Part shown: positions 11,216-20,683 of the stretch, one piece after another
Position numbering within the stretch: position 1 is the first letter of the stretch
Layout: every line of letters begins with the position of its first letter
Assembly: GCA_963845635.1 (NCBI GenBank)
Contig: CAWJSW010000007.1
Span: 83,655-147,654 of the forward strand
Reading direction: 5' to 3'
Source: an uncultured Solirubrobacteraceae bacterium
GTDB taxonomy: Bacteria > Actinomycetota > Thermoleophilia > Solirubrobacterales > Solirubrobacteraceae
DNA length: 64,000 nucleotides
The notes under the pieces: generated by a model
What the model saw: the letters and a program-made list of their open reading frames with translations, nothing else
The model's database searches: none
Told to the model about the DNA's origin: nothing
Translations under genes and position numbers: made by a program

Positions 11216-11689
11216 CTAGTGGTTCAGCAGCGCGAGGCCGGCGGCGAGCTCGTGTTGGCCCCAGCGCGTCGCGGTGGCGGCTTTGGCCGCCTGGACGGTC
11301 GCCGTGTGCTTGCTCACGCCGTGGACGTCAAACGCCGTCTCGAGGTGCTGGTAGGCGTGGATCAACCCGGTCAGACCGGCGAGCACGTCGGCCTTGCCCT
11401 GTTTCACGTCACCGCTGACCGCGGTCTGGCCCGACAGCGCCGTGCGCAGGCCGCGCAGCACGCGTTCGGCGGACACGAACGCGGTCTCGGCGGGGGAGGC
11501 GTTGCGCGTTGCCTGGAACGCGGCGACCCCGCTCGCGACCTGGCCTTCACTCACCGACACCGCCGGCGTGTAATCGCGAATCGTGTTCCTGATGCTCTTG
11601 TCGCTTGCGCCAGCGCCGGCCGGAGCGAGCAGCGCCGCGCCGACGGCCGCAACGCAAACGAGCGCACAGACATGCTTGCCATACCTCAT
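11216..11689 (-). CDS. Secreted hypothetical protein (helical)
   Basis: AAGGAGG upstream; signal peptide ...VAAVGAALLAPAGAGA; no family recognised. Confidence 0.65.
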   Translation of the reverse strand: MRYGKHVCALVCVAAVGAALLAPAGAGASDKSIRNTIRDYTPAVSVSEGQVASGVAAFQATRNASPAETAFVSAERVLRGLRTALSGQTAVSGDVKQGKADVLAGLTGLIHAYQHLETAFDVHGVSKHTATVQAAKAATATRWGQHELAAGLALLNH

Positions 11690-11849
11690 GTTCTCCGCCT
11701 CCTTCTGTTCGGTTTCCCTAGAGTTGGCGGCTTACCAACGTGGCTCCCCGGCAAAGTCGCGATCGTGGGGCAGCCTGGCGCTTAACTAACCCGCCCGGCG
11801 GCGATCCAAACCGGTTTTCCGCCCGGCGCTACGCTGGTGGTGGCGCGGG

Positions 11850-12650
11850 ATGCACGAGATCGGCAAGCGACACGACGAGGCGGACGAGATCTGGGTCTGC
11901 CACCTGGGCATGGTCCCCTACCGTCAAGGCCTGGCGATCCAGGAGCACGTGCGCGGCGCCCGCCAGGCGGGCGAGCTGCCGGACGTGCTGCTGATGCTCG
12001 AGCATCCGCCCGTGTACACGCGTGGGCGGCGCGCCGGCGCCGAGGAGCTGCCTTTCGAGAACAGCTTGCCCAGGGCGCGAGCCATAGAGGTCCTCGACAC
12101 CGACCGCGGCGGGCGCGTCACGTATCACGGCCCCGGCCAGCTCGTCGGCTACCCGATCATGGCGGTCGCCGACGTCGGCGGCTTCCTGCGGACCATGGAA
12201 GGCGCCATCATCGATGCGCTCGCCGAGGAGGGCGTCGTTGCGCGCTCGCGCCACAGCGAGGGCATCGACTACACCGGCGTGTGGGTGCAGGAGCGCAAGA
12301 TCGCCTCGATCGGCGTGCACGTCTCGCGCGGCGTCAGCACCCATGGCTTCGCGGTCAACGTCGAAAACGACCTCGACCCGTTCACGTGGGTCGTCGCCTG
12401 TGGTCTGCCCGATGTGCAGATGACCTCGCTCGCCCGCGAGGCGCCCGCCGGCTGCGCGAGCCCGGCGCATCCGCTCGCCTGCTTCCGCAAGCGCATGGCC
12501 CACAGCTTCGTCCGTGCCCACCGGCGCCGCCAGCGGCTGGTGTCGCCCCGCACGCTCGGCATCGAGCTCACCGTCCCCTCAGGGCGAGCGCCCACGCGAG
12601 CCCCCCTCAACACGTCCTCCACGCGATTTGGCGAGCGGGTGCTCGTGTGA
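11850..12650 (+). CDS. lipB: Lipoyl(octanoyl) transferase
   Basis: LEHPPVYTRG, DRGGRVTYHGPGQLVGYP, KIASIGV, HGFAVN and VACGL motifs. Confidence 0.93.
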   Translation: MHEIGKRHDEADEIWVCHLGMVPYRQGLAIQEHVRGARQAGELPDVLLMLEHPPVYTRGRRAGAEELPFENSLPRARAIEVLDTDRGGRVTYHGPGQLVGYPIMAVADVGGFLRTMEGAIIDALAEEGVVARSRHSEGIDYTGVWVQERKIASIGVHVSRGVSTHGFAVNVENDLDPFTWVVACGLPDVQMTSLAREAPAGCASPAHPLACFRKRMAHSFVRAHRRRQRLVSPRTLGIELTVPSGRAPTRAPLNTSSTRFGERVLV

Positions 12651-13624
12651 GCGGGGTGGGCGCGACCCGATCGCGCGCGAACCCCGGCGGCGCCGACGTG
12701 CTGCGCGTGCTCGGGTCCGACGTGCGTCCGCTGCGCGAGCGAAAGCCGCCGTGGTTCAAGGTGCCCGCGCCCGGCGGGCAGCGCTACCGCGAGCTGTCCG
12801 CGCTGATCCGCTCGGAGAACCTGCACACCGTCTGCCAGGAGGCCGCCTGTCCCAACGTCGGCGAGTGCTGGGAGCGGGGCACCGCCACCTTCATGATCCT
12901 CGGCGACACCTGCACCAGGCGCTGTGGGTTCTGCAACGTCAAGACCGGCAAGCCGACCTGGAGCGACCCGCTCGAGCCCGCGCGCGTGGCCCGCTCGATC
13001 GCGCGCATGGGGCTGCGCCACGCGGTCATCACCTCCGTCGACCGCGACGACCTGCCCGACAAGGGCGCCTGTGCGTTCGTCGGCGTCATCCGCCAGGTTC
13101 GCCGCCAAGCGCCCGACTGCCAGATAGAGGTGCTGACCCCCGACTTCCAAGGGCAGGAGATGCCGCTCGCCAAGGTCATCGCCGAGCGCCCCGACGTGTT
13201 CAACCACAACGTCGAGGTCGTGCCGCGCCTGTATCCGCTCGCGCGCCGCGGCTCGGAGTTCGCGCGCTCCTGCCGCGTGCTGAGGCTCGCGCGCGAGCTC
13301 GGGCAGGGCGAGGTGATCACCAAGTCCGGCCTGATGGTCGGCCTCGGCGAGAGCCATCAGGAGATGGTCGACGCCTTCGCTGCGCTGCGCGAGCACGGTG
13401 TGCAGGTCCTGACCGTCGGCCAGTACCTGCGCCCTTCCGAGCGCCACCTGCCCGTCGTGCGCTATTGGCACCCGGACGAGTTCGCCGCCCTGGAGGCTGC
13501 CGCGTACGAGCTCGGCTTCCAGCACGTCGCCGCCGGTCCGCTCGTGCGCTCCTCCTACCACGCCGACCAGCACGTGCCGCAGGCCAGGCCCGGGGTAGGG
13601 CCCCTGGCGGCAGCAAACGCGTGA
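12647..13624 (+). CDS. lipA: Lipoyl synthase (radical SAM)
   Basis: CQEAACPNVGEC, CTRRCGFC, HNVEVV, KSGLMVGLGE and RSSYHA motifs; GTG start overlaps the lipB stop. Confidence 0.95.
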   Translation: MSGVGATRSRANPGGADVLRVLGSDVRPLRERKPPWFKVPAPGGQRYRELSALIRSENLHTVCQEAACPNVGECWERGTATFMILGDTCTRRCGFCNVKTGKPTWSDPLEPARVARSIARMGLRHAVITSVDRDDLPDKGACAFVGVIRQVRRQAPDCQIEVLTPDFQGQEMPLAKVIAERPDVFNHNVEVVPRLYPLARRGSEFARSCRVLRLARELGQGEVITKSGLMVGLGESHQEMVDAFAALREHGVQVLTVGQYLRPSERHLPVVRYWHPDEFAALEAAAYELGFQHVAAGPLVRSSYHADQHVPQARPGVGPLAAANA

Positions 13625-13672
13625 CCTGACGGCCCTCTCTCGGCCCACCGCCCCGCGCTCTAGTCTCGCCCC

Positions 13673-14467
13673 ATCTTCCCGGTCACGGACAACATCCGGC
13701 TCGCGCGGTTTCCCGCGATCACCGTCGCGCTGGTGCTCGTCAACGTGATCGCCTACCTGCTCGCGACGCGCAGTGGCCACGGCGGCAGCTTCTTCGGCGG
13801 ACCGTCCAACGGCATCGACTTCCGCTATGGGGCGATCCCCTACGAGCTCACCCACCCCGGCGAGCACTGCGCGTTGATCGCCACGCACACGCATGCCGCT
13901 CCCGCGGAATCGGTCGTGTGCCAGGTTCGAGCGGGAGCGCACGAGCCCGCCACCTGGGAGACGGCGTTCACGTCGATGTTCCTGCACGCCAGCTTCCTTG
14001 CGATCTTCGTCAACTTGGTGTTCCTCAGTATCTTCGGCCCCGCCGTCGAGGACGCCAGCGGTCGCGTGCGCTTCCTGGGCTTCTACCTGCTCGGCGGGCT
14101 GATCGCGCTCGGCCTCCAGGTCGCCCTCACCCCTAACGCCACCGACCCCACGCTCGGCGCCTCCGGCGCGATCGCCGCGGTCCTCGGCGGCTACGCGCTG
14201 CTGTATCCCCGCGCGCGCGTGCTCAGCCTCGTGTTGATCGTGTTCCTCGTCACGATCATCGAGGTCCCCGCCGTGTTCCTGCTGATGTTCTGGCTCGCCG
14301 CGCAGCTATGGCTCGGCCTCGAAGGCCTCGCCGGCGCAGGCCCACTCGGATCGCAGGGTCAGGGCGCCGCCTACCTCGCACACATCGGCGCCTTCCTCTT
14401 CGGCCTGCTCGCGGTCCGCGTGCTCGTCAGGCGCCCGCCAGGCGATCCGGCCCAGCCGGTGTACTAG
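13673..14467 (+). CDS. Rhomboid family intramembrane serine protease with an apparent ATC start
   Basis: GASGAIA catalytic Ser and AHIGAF His motifs. The family-typical N-terminus (M)FPVTDNI begins at ATC 13673 and an in-frame TAG at 13661 lies just upstream. Confidence 0.85.
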   Translation: MFPVTDNIRLARFPAITVALVLVNVIAYLLATRSGHGGSFFGGPSNGIDFRYGAIPYELTHPGEHCALIATHTHAAPAESVVCQVRAGAHEPATWETAFTSMFLHASFLAIFVNLVFLSIFGPAVEDASGRVRFLGFYLLGGLIALGLQVALTPNATDPTLGASGAIAAVLGGYALLYPRARVLSLVLIVFLVTIIEVPAVFLLMFWLAAQLWLGLEGLAGAGPLGSQGQGAAYLAHIGAFLFGLLAVRVLVRRPPGDPAQPVY

Positions 14468-14498
14468 TCACGATGCCCGCGCCCCCGCCGCTGCCCCC

Positions 14499-14675
14499 AT
14501 GACGCGCCTGCTCGTGCTCGGAGCCGCGCTCGTGTTCATCGCCGCGTTCGCCTTCCTCACATACGCCTCGATCGTCGAAGAAGGGTTCAGCGGGCTGACG
14601 CTGCTCGCGGGCTTCATCCTCGTACTGCTCACGGTTGGCATCGTCGGCGCGCTGCGCAATCCTCCCAGGCAGTGA
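14499..14675 (+). CDS. Small membrane protein (58 aa, 2 TM), absent from the ORF track
   Basis: MTRLLVLGAALVFIAAFAFLTYASIVEEGFSGLTLLAGFILVLLTVGIVGALRNPPRQ; its stop overlaps the GTG of the next gene. Confidence 0.7.
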   Translation: MTRLLVLGAALVFIAAFAFLTYASIVEEGFSGLTLLAGFILVLLTVGIVGALRNPPRQ

Positions 14676-15769
14676 GCATCTCGCCGTTCCTCACCCCCGG
14701 GCAGAGCCACAGCCGCCGTGCTCTGGCAGCCAGGCGCAGGCGCCGGCGCAGGTTGACCGCTCTCGCCGGCCTCGGCCTCGCGCTGCTGGCCGCGCTGATC
14801 GCCGAGCTGGCGCTCGCCAGCCGCTCCGGCGAAACGCGCCCCCGCTCCGCGCACGCGGCGCGCTCGCCCTCACAGCGCGCGCCCGCGCCGCCCACCGGCC
14901 CACGCTCGCCCGGTGGCTTCCCGCTGGCAACGCCTGCGCTCGCGCTGTCGGGGATCTCCACGCCAGCGCAGCGCGATCCCGTGCAGCCCACGTTCGCCCA
15001 CGCGCCGCGAGAGGGGCTGCTGTTCAACCTCTCCACGGGACAGGTCCTGTGGCAGCACAACGCGCTCGAACGCGTGCCGATCGCCAGCCTCACCAAGATG
15101 ATGACCGCGCTGCTCACGGTCGAGTCCTCGCCGCCCGACGCCCCCGTGCTGATCACCAGGCAGGCCGTCGATATGCCCGGGTCGAAGGTCGGCGTGCTGC
15201 CGCTCGGGCGCCACGTGCCGCTCGAGACCCTGCTCTACGGGCTGCTGCTGCCGTCGGGCAACGACGCCGCCGTCGCGCTCGCCCAGCACGTCGCCGGCAG
15301 CGTCCACAGCTTCGTTGTGCGCATGAACGAAGAGGCCGCCAGGCTGGGGCTCGGCTGCACGCGCTACTCCTCCCCGTCGGGCTACTACAACGCCCACAAC
15401 TTCTCCTGCGCCGCCGACCTCGCCGTGCTCGCACACGTGGACATGGAGCAACCGCGCATCGCAAGCGTGGTGCACACGTACTCCGCCGTGCTGCCGTTCC
15501 CGATCCCCGGAGGCAAGCTCTACCTGTACAACAACAACCCGCTGCTGATCTACGGCTACCCCGGCGTCACAGGGATGAAGACCGGTCAGACGGAAGCCGC
15601 CGGACGCTGCCTGGTCGCGACCGCCGAGCGCCACAACGTGCGCCTCGGAGCGATCGTGTTGAACTCCGAAGACCCCGGCACGCAGGCCCGTCAACTGCTC
15701 GACCTGGGCTTCGAGGACGTCTACCACCAGCCGATCGTGCCCGAGACTCCGTTTCCGCCGGGGGTGTAA
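14672..15769 (+). CDS. D-alanyl-D-alanine carboxypeptidase (peptidase S11), membrane-anchored
   Basis: ASLTKMM (SxxK), PSGNDAA (SxN) and MKTG (KTG) motifs; N-terminal basic stretch plus TM helix. Confidence 0.9.
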   Translation: MSISPFLTPGQSHSRRALAARRRRRRRLTALAGLGLALLAALIAELALASRSGETRPRSAHAARSPSQRAPAPPTGPRSPGGFPLATPALALSGISTPAQRDPVQPTFAHAPREGLLFNLSTGQVLWQHNALERVPIASLTKMMTALLTVESSPPDAPVLITRQAVDMPGSKVGVLPLGRHVPLETLLYGLLLPSGNDAAVALAQHVAGSVHSFVVRMNEEAARLGLGCTRYSSPSGYYNAHNFSCAADLAVLAHVDMEQPRIASVVHTYSAVLPFPIPGGKLYLYNNNPLLIYGYPGVTGMKTGQTEAAGRCLVATAERHNVRLGAIVLNSEDPGTQARQLLDLGFEDVYHQPIVPETPFPPGV

Positions 15770-15785
15770 GCTCAGGATTAGGGAT

Positions 15786-15799
15786 TGACTGGCCAGTCA
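15786..15799. promoter_or_regulatory. Perfect 14-bp palindrome, candidate repressor operator
   Basis: TGACTGGCCAGTCA lies between a TAAGCT -10-like box (~15768) and the AAAGGAG Shine-Dalgarno site of the acyl-CoA dehydrogenase pair. Confidence 0.6.
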
Positions 15800-15814
15800 G
15801 CCAAAGGAGAAGAC

Positions 15815-17047
15815 GTGGACCTCGACGACACACCCGAGCAGGCGGCCTACCGCGCGCAGGTGCGCAGCTGGTTGGACGAGCACAAGAGCGAAGCACCGAT
15901 CATCACCGGACCCGACGCGATCAGGGACGAGGACGAGATCATCGCCGCGCGTCGCGTCTGGCAGGGCAAGCTCGCCGAGGGCGGTCTCGCCGGCGTCACC
16001 TGGCCCAAGGAGTACGGCGGCCAGGGCCTCGGGCCGATCGAGCAGGTCATCTGCAGCCAGGAGATCGCGCGCGCGAAAGTGCCCGGGATCCTCGACGCGA
16101 TCGGCATCGGCATGCTCGGGCCGACGATCATCGCGAACGGCACCGACGAGCAGAAGTCGCGCTATCTCGGCCCGATGCTGCATGGCGATGAGGTCTGGTG
16201 CCAGCTGTTCTCCGAGCCCGCCGCCGGCTCGGACCTCGCTGCCGTGCAGGCGCGCGCGCGCCAGCAGGACGACGGCAGCTGGCGCCTGTCCGGCCAGAAG
16301 GTGTGGACGACCAACGCCCAGTTCGCCTCCTACGGCCTGCTGCTCGCCCGCACAGACGCCGACGTGCCCAAGCACAAGGGCCTGACGATGTTCATCGTGC
16401 CGATCGACGCCGACGGCGTCACCGTCCGCGGCCTGCGTCAGATCTCCGGCGAGGCCGAGTTCAACGAGGTCTTCTTCGACGACGTCGCGCTGGCGCCCGA
16501 CGCGGTCGTCGGCGGCGTCGGCAACGGCTGGGGCACTGCGCTGACCACGCTCATGTACGAGCGCGTGACGATCGGACTCGGCGGCGAGGGGATGGGCTAC
16601 AACTCGAACCGCTTCGCCGCCGCCATCGCCGGCGACGAGCACGCCCGCCACGACCATGAGGTGCGCCGCCAGCTCGGCGAGATCGCAAGCGAACTGCTCG
16701 CCGTGCGCTTCACCGGCTACCGCACGCTCACCGCCTTGCAGAAAGGCCAGGTCCCCGGCCCCGAGGCAGGGCTGGCGAAGGTCACGATCGTCAACGGGGC
16801 GATCAAGGCGGGCGACCTGATCGCGGACGTGATCGGGCCCGACGCGCTCGCCGAGGACAGCGAGTGGGCGTACATGATCTCGTTCCTCCCCGGCCTGAAG
16901 TCCGCCGGCGGCACCGAGGAGATCCTGCGCAACACGATCGGCGAGCGCGTCCTCGGACTGCCCCCCGAGCCGCGCCTGGACAAGGGCATCCCCTTCTCCG
17001 ACCTATCGAAGATAGGCCAGCACTCCAAGGAAGGGACGCCCGCGTGA
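15815..17047 (+). CDS. Acyl-CoA dehydrogenase (FadE26/29/34-like subunit)
   Basis: WCQLFSEPAAGSDLA, GQKVWTT, FNEVFFDDV, GWGTALTTLMYER and GGTEEILRN motifs; AAAGGAG before GTG 15815. Confidence 0.9.
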   Translation: MDLDDTPEQAAYRAQVRSWLDEHKSEAPIITGPDAIRDEDEIIAARRVWQGKLAEGGLAGVTWPKEYGGQGLGPIEQVICSQEIARAKVPGILDAIGIGMLGPTIIANGTDEQKSRYLGPMLHGDEVWCQLFSEPAAGSDLAAVQARARQQDDGSWRLSGQKVWTTNAQFASYGLLLARTDADVPKHKGLTMFIVPIDADGVTVRGLRQISGEAEFNEVFFDDVALAPDAVVGGVGNGWGTALTTLMYERVTIGLGGEGMGYNSNRFAAAIAGDEHARHDHEVRRQLGEIASELLAVRFTGYRTLTALQKGQVPGPEAGLAKVTIVNGAIKAGDLIADVIGPDALAEDSEWAYMISFLPGLKSAGGTEEILRNTIGERVLGLPPEPRLDKGIPFSDLSKIGQHSKEGTPA

Positions 17048-17081
17048 GCCAGCCGCCGCACACGATCCAAGGAGCCTCGGC

Positions 17082-18242
17082 ATGAACCTGTCCCTGTCAG
17101 ACGAGCAGGTGTTCCTGCGCGAGGCCGCGCGCGGCGCGCTGTCGCGCTTCAAGACGCTCGAAGCTGCGCGCGAGGCCTCCGACGGCGAGGAGGGCGCGCT
17201 GCCCGACCTGTGGCCGACGGCCTGCGAGGCCGGCTGGCCCGGCCTGCTGATCGACGAAGCCCACGGCGGCGCCGGGCTGGACGCGTTCGACGCGATGCTC
17301 GTGATCGGCGAGTGCGGGCGCGTGCTCGCGGGCGTTCCGCTGCTCGGGCACCTGCCCGCCACCGCGATCCTGGGCGAGTCGCCGAGCGCCGACGAGTTCA
17401 TGGCCGCCCTGGCCAGCGGCGAGCGGCGAGCGGCGTACCTTCCAGCGCAGCCACCGAGCGACGCCGAAGGCCGCTGGAGCACCGACCCGCACAGCGGTCT
17501 CGGGCGCGCACCGCTGCCGAGCGCCGGGGCCCCGGGCGACGACGGTCGCGTTTCCGTGACAGGCAGCTTCGCGTTCGTGCCCGACGCACCCGGCGCGGAC
17601 GTGCTGGTCGGCGCCTGCGAACAGGACGGACGCGTGATCGGCGTCGCGATCCTCGCGGACGCACCCGGCGTGCGGGTCGAGCAGGTGCGCCGCTACGACG
17701 CCACCCGCTCGCTCGGTCACGTCTCGCTCGAGGACGCCCCCGCGGTTGTGCTCGATGCCGGCAGCGCCACGGGACGTGGTGGTGAGGACGTGCTCGCCAG
17801 CGCCTGGCACCTGGCGCAGGCGCTGATCGCCGCGGAGTCACTCGGCAGCGTGGAAACCGCGCTGGACGTGTCGGTCGCCTACGCCAAGGAGCGCTTTACC
17901 TTCGGTCGCGCGATCGGCTCATACCAGGCGGTCAAGCACTCGCTCACCGAGGTGCTGCGCCAGCTCGACAACGGTCGCTCGCTGCTGTACTACGCCGGCT
18001 GGGCACGCAACGGCGCGCCGGCGGAGTTCCCGCTCGCCGCGAGCGCCGCGCGCTCGGTCGGCGGTCGCGCACTCGACCACGCCGCGCGCATGATGATCTC
18101 CGTGCACGGCGGCATCGGCGCCACCTGGGAGCACGACGCGCCGCTGTACTTCCGCCGAGCGCAGCTGTCACGGCGGCTGCTCGGCGGCACCGCCGGCGCC
18201 ACCGACCGCGTCGCCGGCGAGCTGATCGCCCAGGCTGCCTGA
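17082..18242 (+). CDS. Acyl-CoA dehydrogenase, partner subunit of a likely heterotetramer
   Basis: LSDEQVFLREAAR, YAKERFTFGRAIGSYQAVKH and HGGIGATWEH motifs; follows the first FadE. Confidence 0.88.
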   Translation: MNLSLSDEQVFLREAARGALSRFKTLEAAREASDGEEGALPDLWPTACEAGWPGLLIDEAHGGAGLDAFDAMLVIGECGRVLAGVPLLGHLPATAILGESPSADEFMAALASGERRAAYLPAQPPSDAEGRWSTDPHSGLGRAPLPSAGAPGDDGRVSVTGSFAFVPDAPGADVLVGACEQDGRVIGVAILADAPGVRVEQVRRYDATRSLGHVSLEDAPAVVLDAGSATGRGGEDVLASAWHLAQALIAAESLGSVETALDVSVAYAKERFTFGRAIGSYQAVKHSLTEVLRQLDNGRSLLYYAGWARNGAPAEFPLAASAARSVGGRALDHAARMMISVHGGIGATWEHDAPLYFRRAQLSRRLLGGTAGATDRVAGELIAQAA

Positions 18243-18248
18243 GCGATC

Positions 18249-19196
18249 TCAGCGTCGGCGAGCCGCGCGTCGCGGAGCGCTCGCGGCCTTCGCCGTGGGC
18301 TTCAGCGCGCGTCTCGGCCTGCCTTCTTCTGCTTCCAGCGCCGCGAGCACGGGGGCGCCATAGGCGGCATAGACCGCCTGCACCATCGACGCCTGCACGC
18401 CGCAGTTGATGCAGAAGCCGTGCTGTGACCAGTCGATCGCGCGCGCCAGCACCTCGTCGGCGTAGCCGACGCCCGTGGCGTCGTGGCCGTAGTAGTCATA
18501 CGCCGCCCACCACGCCGAGTCGTCGAGCGCGTATTCGGCGCCGTCGGCCGACAGCAGGTGAGCAGCGGCCATGATCGCGTCGAAGTCGTCATAGATCGAC
18601 GGGTGCGTGCTCGTCATGTGGTCGTAGTGGGCGGGGCGCCGGCCGTAGACGTAGGAGTCGGCCACCAGGCTCCAGGTGGACGAGCTGCGCGCCCCGCCGT
18701 TGGTGACGTTGAACTGCATCGGGCCGCCGCAGCAGTGGGCGAAGTTCAGACCGTGGTAGATGCCGGGCGCTGTCGAGAACGCGCTCTCCTGTCTGTGGAT
18801 GGAGGCGATCAGCAGCCAGTTGACGCCGAACGTGCTCTGCGCGGTCGCGTAGATCGGGTAGAAGCCTTCCATCCAGCGCCTGGAGATGTGCACCTGCGTC
18901 GGATCGAGGATCCCGCGGGCGTCTTCGCGCTGCTGAGCCGGCGACGGTGCAGCGACGATCGCCGCGTGCGCCTCGCCGGCGGCGCTCGCGCTCGCGGAGC
19001 TCGCGGGGGGCGGTATGGGCGTGGCAGCGCTCACCAGCACCGGCGGCGGCGCGACCGTGCCCGAGCTACGGCCGATCACGCCCGACAGCACAGCCACCAG
19101 CGCGAGCACGCCGAGCGCCCCGAGTGAGCAGGCAAGCAGCCACGCGCCACGTTCTGACGGCGGCGCCGGCGGAGAGGCGTAAGGCGCCGCGGGCAT
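18249..19196 (-). CDS. Membrane-anchored lytic transglycosylase-like protein
   Basis: N-terminal TM segment; WLLIASIHRQES (catalytic Glu), GPMQF and DAIMAAAHLL, typical of SLT-like domains. Confidence 0.72.
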   Translation of the reverse strand: MPAAPYASPPAPPSERGAWLLACSLGALGVLALVAVLSGVIGRSSGTVAPPPVLVSAATPIPPPASSASASAAGEAHAAIVAAPSPAQQREDARGILDPTQVHISRRWMEGFYPIYATAQSTFGVNWLLIASIHRQESAFSTAPGIYHGLNFAHCCGGPMQFNVTNGGARSSSTWSLVADSYVYGRRPAHYDHMTSTHPSIYDDFDAIMAAAHLLSADGAEYALDDSAWWAAYDYYGHDATGVGYADEVLARAIDWSQHGFCINCGVQASMVQAVYAAYGAPVLAALEAEEGRPRRALKPTAKAASAPRRAARRR

Positions 19197-19291
19197 CTCC
19201 ACCAATGCTAACCGGGGCCGGCGCCTCACACGCCGAGCGCCAGGCGCGCGACGCCGTCCCCGCAATTAGCGGACAATTATGATTGCTCGCG

Positions 19292-20647
19292 ATGATCTGG
19301 CCGGTGAAGGCGCCGCCACCAGCGGGCCGGTGGCGTCGGGCTCGCGCTCGCGCGCGGGTTCTCGTCCTGTTGAGCACCTCGCTCGCCGTTGGCGCGCCCC
19401 TCGCCGGCTGCGGTGCCGCCGAGGAGACCGTCCCCAAGGCGAACGCCGTCGCCGCCGTCGTACCCGACCCGCCGAGCGCCCCCAAGGCCTGCTCGAAGGC
19501 GGTGCTGGAAACACTCGCGCAGGTGGTCCAGCGCATCTACCGGGAGGGGGTCGCCAGCGAACGCACGGCCAGCGCGGCCTACCTGATCACGCACTCCGCC
19601 CCGCTCACCGCGGCGGTCGAAAGCGGGAACAAAGCGGCCGCGCGAGCGGCAGCCAAGGCGCTGCTGGCGACCGGGCACATGACCAACCTCAGCATCACGC
19701 GCGCGGGCAAGGCGTTCATCAGCGTCGGCGGCGCCGCGCTCGCGCCGCTGCACGGGACGCTCGCCAGCGCCAGCGGCACGCCGCTGGCGACGTACGTCGC
19801 CAGCGTCTGGGCAGACGAAGGGTTCCTGGTCGAGTCCGGCGGCATCACGCAGGGCCTGATCGCGCTGCGTGAGAACGGACGCAGCATCGCCGGCTCCACG
19901 CCGCTCGCGGGAGCGCTCGCCAACGAAGGCACGCTGATGCGCGAACACGTGACCTACGGCTACACCTCGCTGCCCGCCGAAGCCTACCCGGCGGGCGCGC
20001 TGCGTATCTACGTGCTGGAGCCGATCAGCGACATCACGCCCGTCTGCGCGAGGAGCCGCCAGCAGACCGCCGTCAACACGCTGCGCCGCGTCGCCGAGCT
20101 GATCTACACCGGCGAGAGTGGGAACAGCGCGCTCAAGCAGGTGCGCCGCGTACAGCGCAACGCCGCGCTGCTCACCGCCGTCGAGCACCGCGATTCGCAG
20201 GCCACCAAGTCCGCCGTGGACGCCCTGCTCAACCACCACATCGTGCGCCTGCGCGTCAGTAGCCACGGGCAGCTGCTCTCGGATGTGGGCGGCCCGTACG
20301 TGCTGGCGCCCGTCAACGCCACGCTCAGCCTCGCCGGCCACGCGATCGGCAGCTTCGTGCTGTCGATCCAGGACGACGAAGGCTACCTGCGCCTGACGCG
20401 GCGACTCGCCGGCCTGCACGTGCTCATGTACATGGGCGCGACAAACACAGCCACCGGCGCTCCCGCGCAACCCACGCTCGTCAAGGACAGCCTTGGGCCG
20501 ATGCCTGGGCCCCCGCTCAGCGCCGTACCCACGCACGGCAGCTTCCGCTATGGCGGACGCTCCTTTACCGTGTTCACGGTCCACGCCGAGGCGTTCCCAT
20601 CGGGGACGCTCACGATTCGCGTGCTGGCTGCGAACCCGTATCTGTGA
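19292..20647 (+). CDS. Putative lipoprotein with two internal sensor-like repeats
   Basis: Arg-rich N-region, hydrophobic stretch and lipobox PLAGC; an internal duplication is visible in the translation; TATGAT 8 nt before ATG. Confidence 0.7.
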   Translation: MIWPVKAPPPAGRWRRARARARVLVLLSTSLAVGAPLAGCGAAEETVPKANAVAAVVPDPPSAPKACSKAVLETLAQVVQRIYREGVASERTASAAYLITHSAPLTAAVESGNKAAARAAAKALLATGHMTNLSITRAGKAFISVGGAALAPLHGTLASASGTPLATYVASVWADEGFLVESGGITQGLIALRENGRSIAGSTPLAGALANEGTLMREHVTYGYTSLPAEAYPAGALRIYVLEPISDITPVCARSRQQTAVNTLRRVAELIYTGESGNSALKQVRRVQRNAALLTAVEHRDSQATKSAVDALLNHHIVRLRVSSHGQLLSDVGGPYVLAPVNATLSLAGHAIGSFVLSIQDDEGYLRLTRRLAGLHVLMYMGATNTATGAPAQPTLVKDSLGPMPGPPLSAVPTHGSFRYGGRSFTVFTVHAEAFPSGTLTIRVLAANPYL

Positions 20648-20683
20648 GCGCCTGAGCCGCAGCCCGCGACGCGACCGAGCGGC

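Noticed and set aside
11837-12646. N-terminal extension of lipA
   Set aside because: It overlaps lipB out of frame and is Arg/Ala/Pro-rich; lipA starts at GTG 12647.
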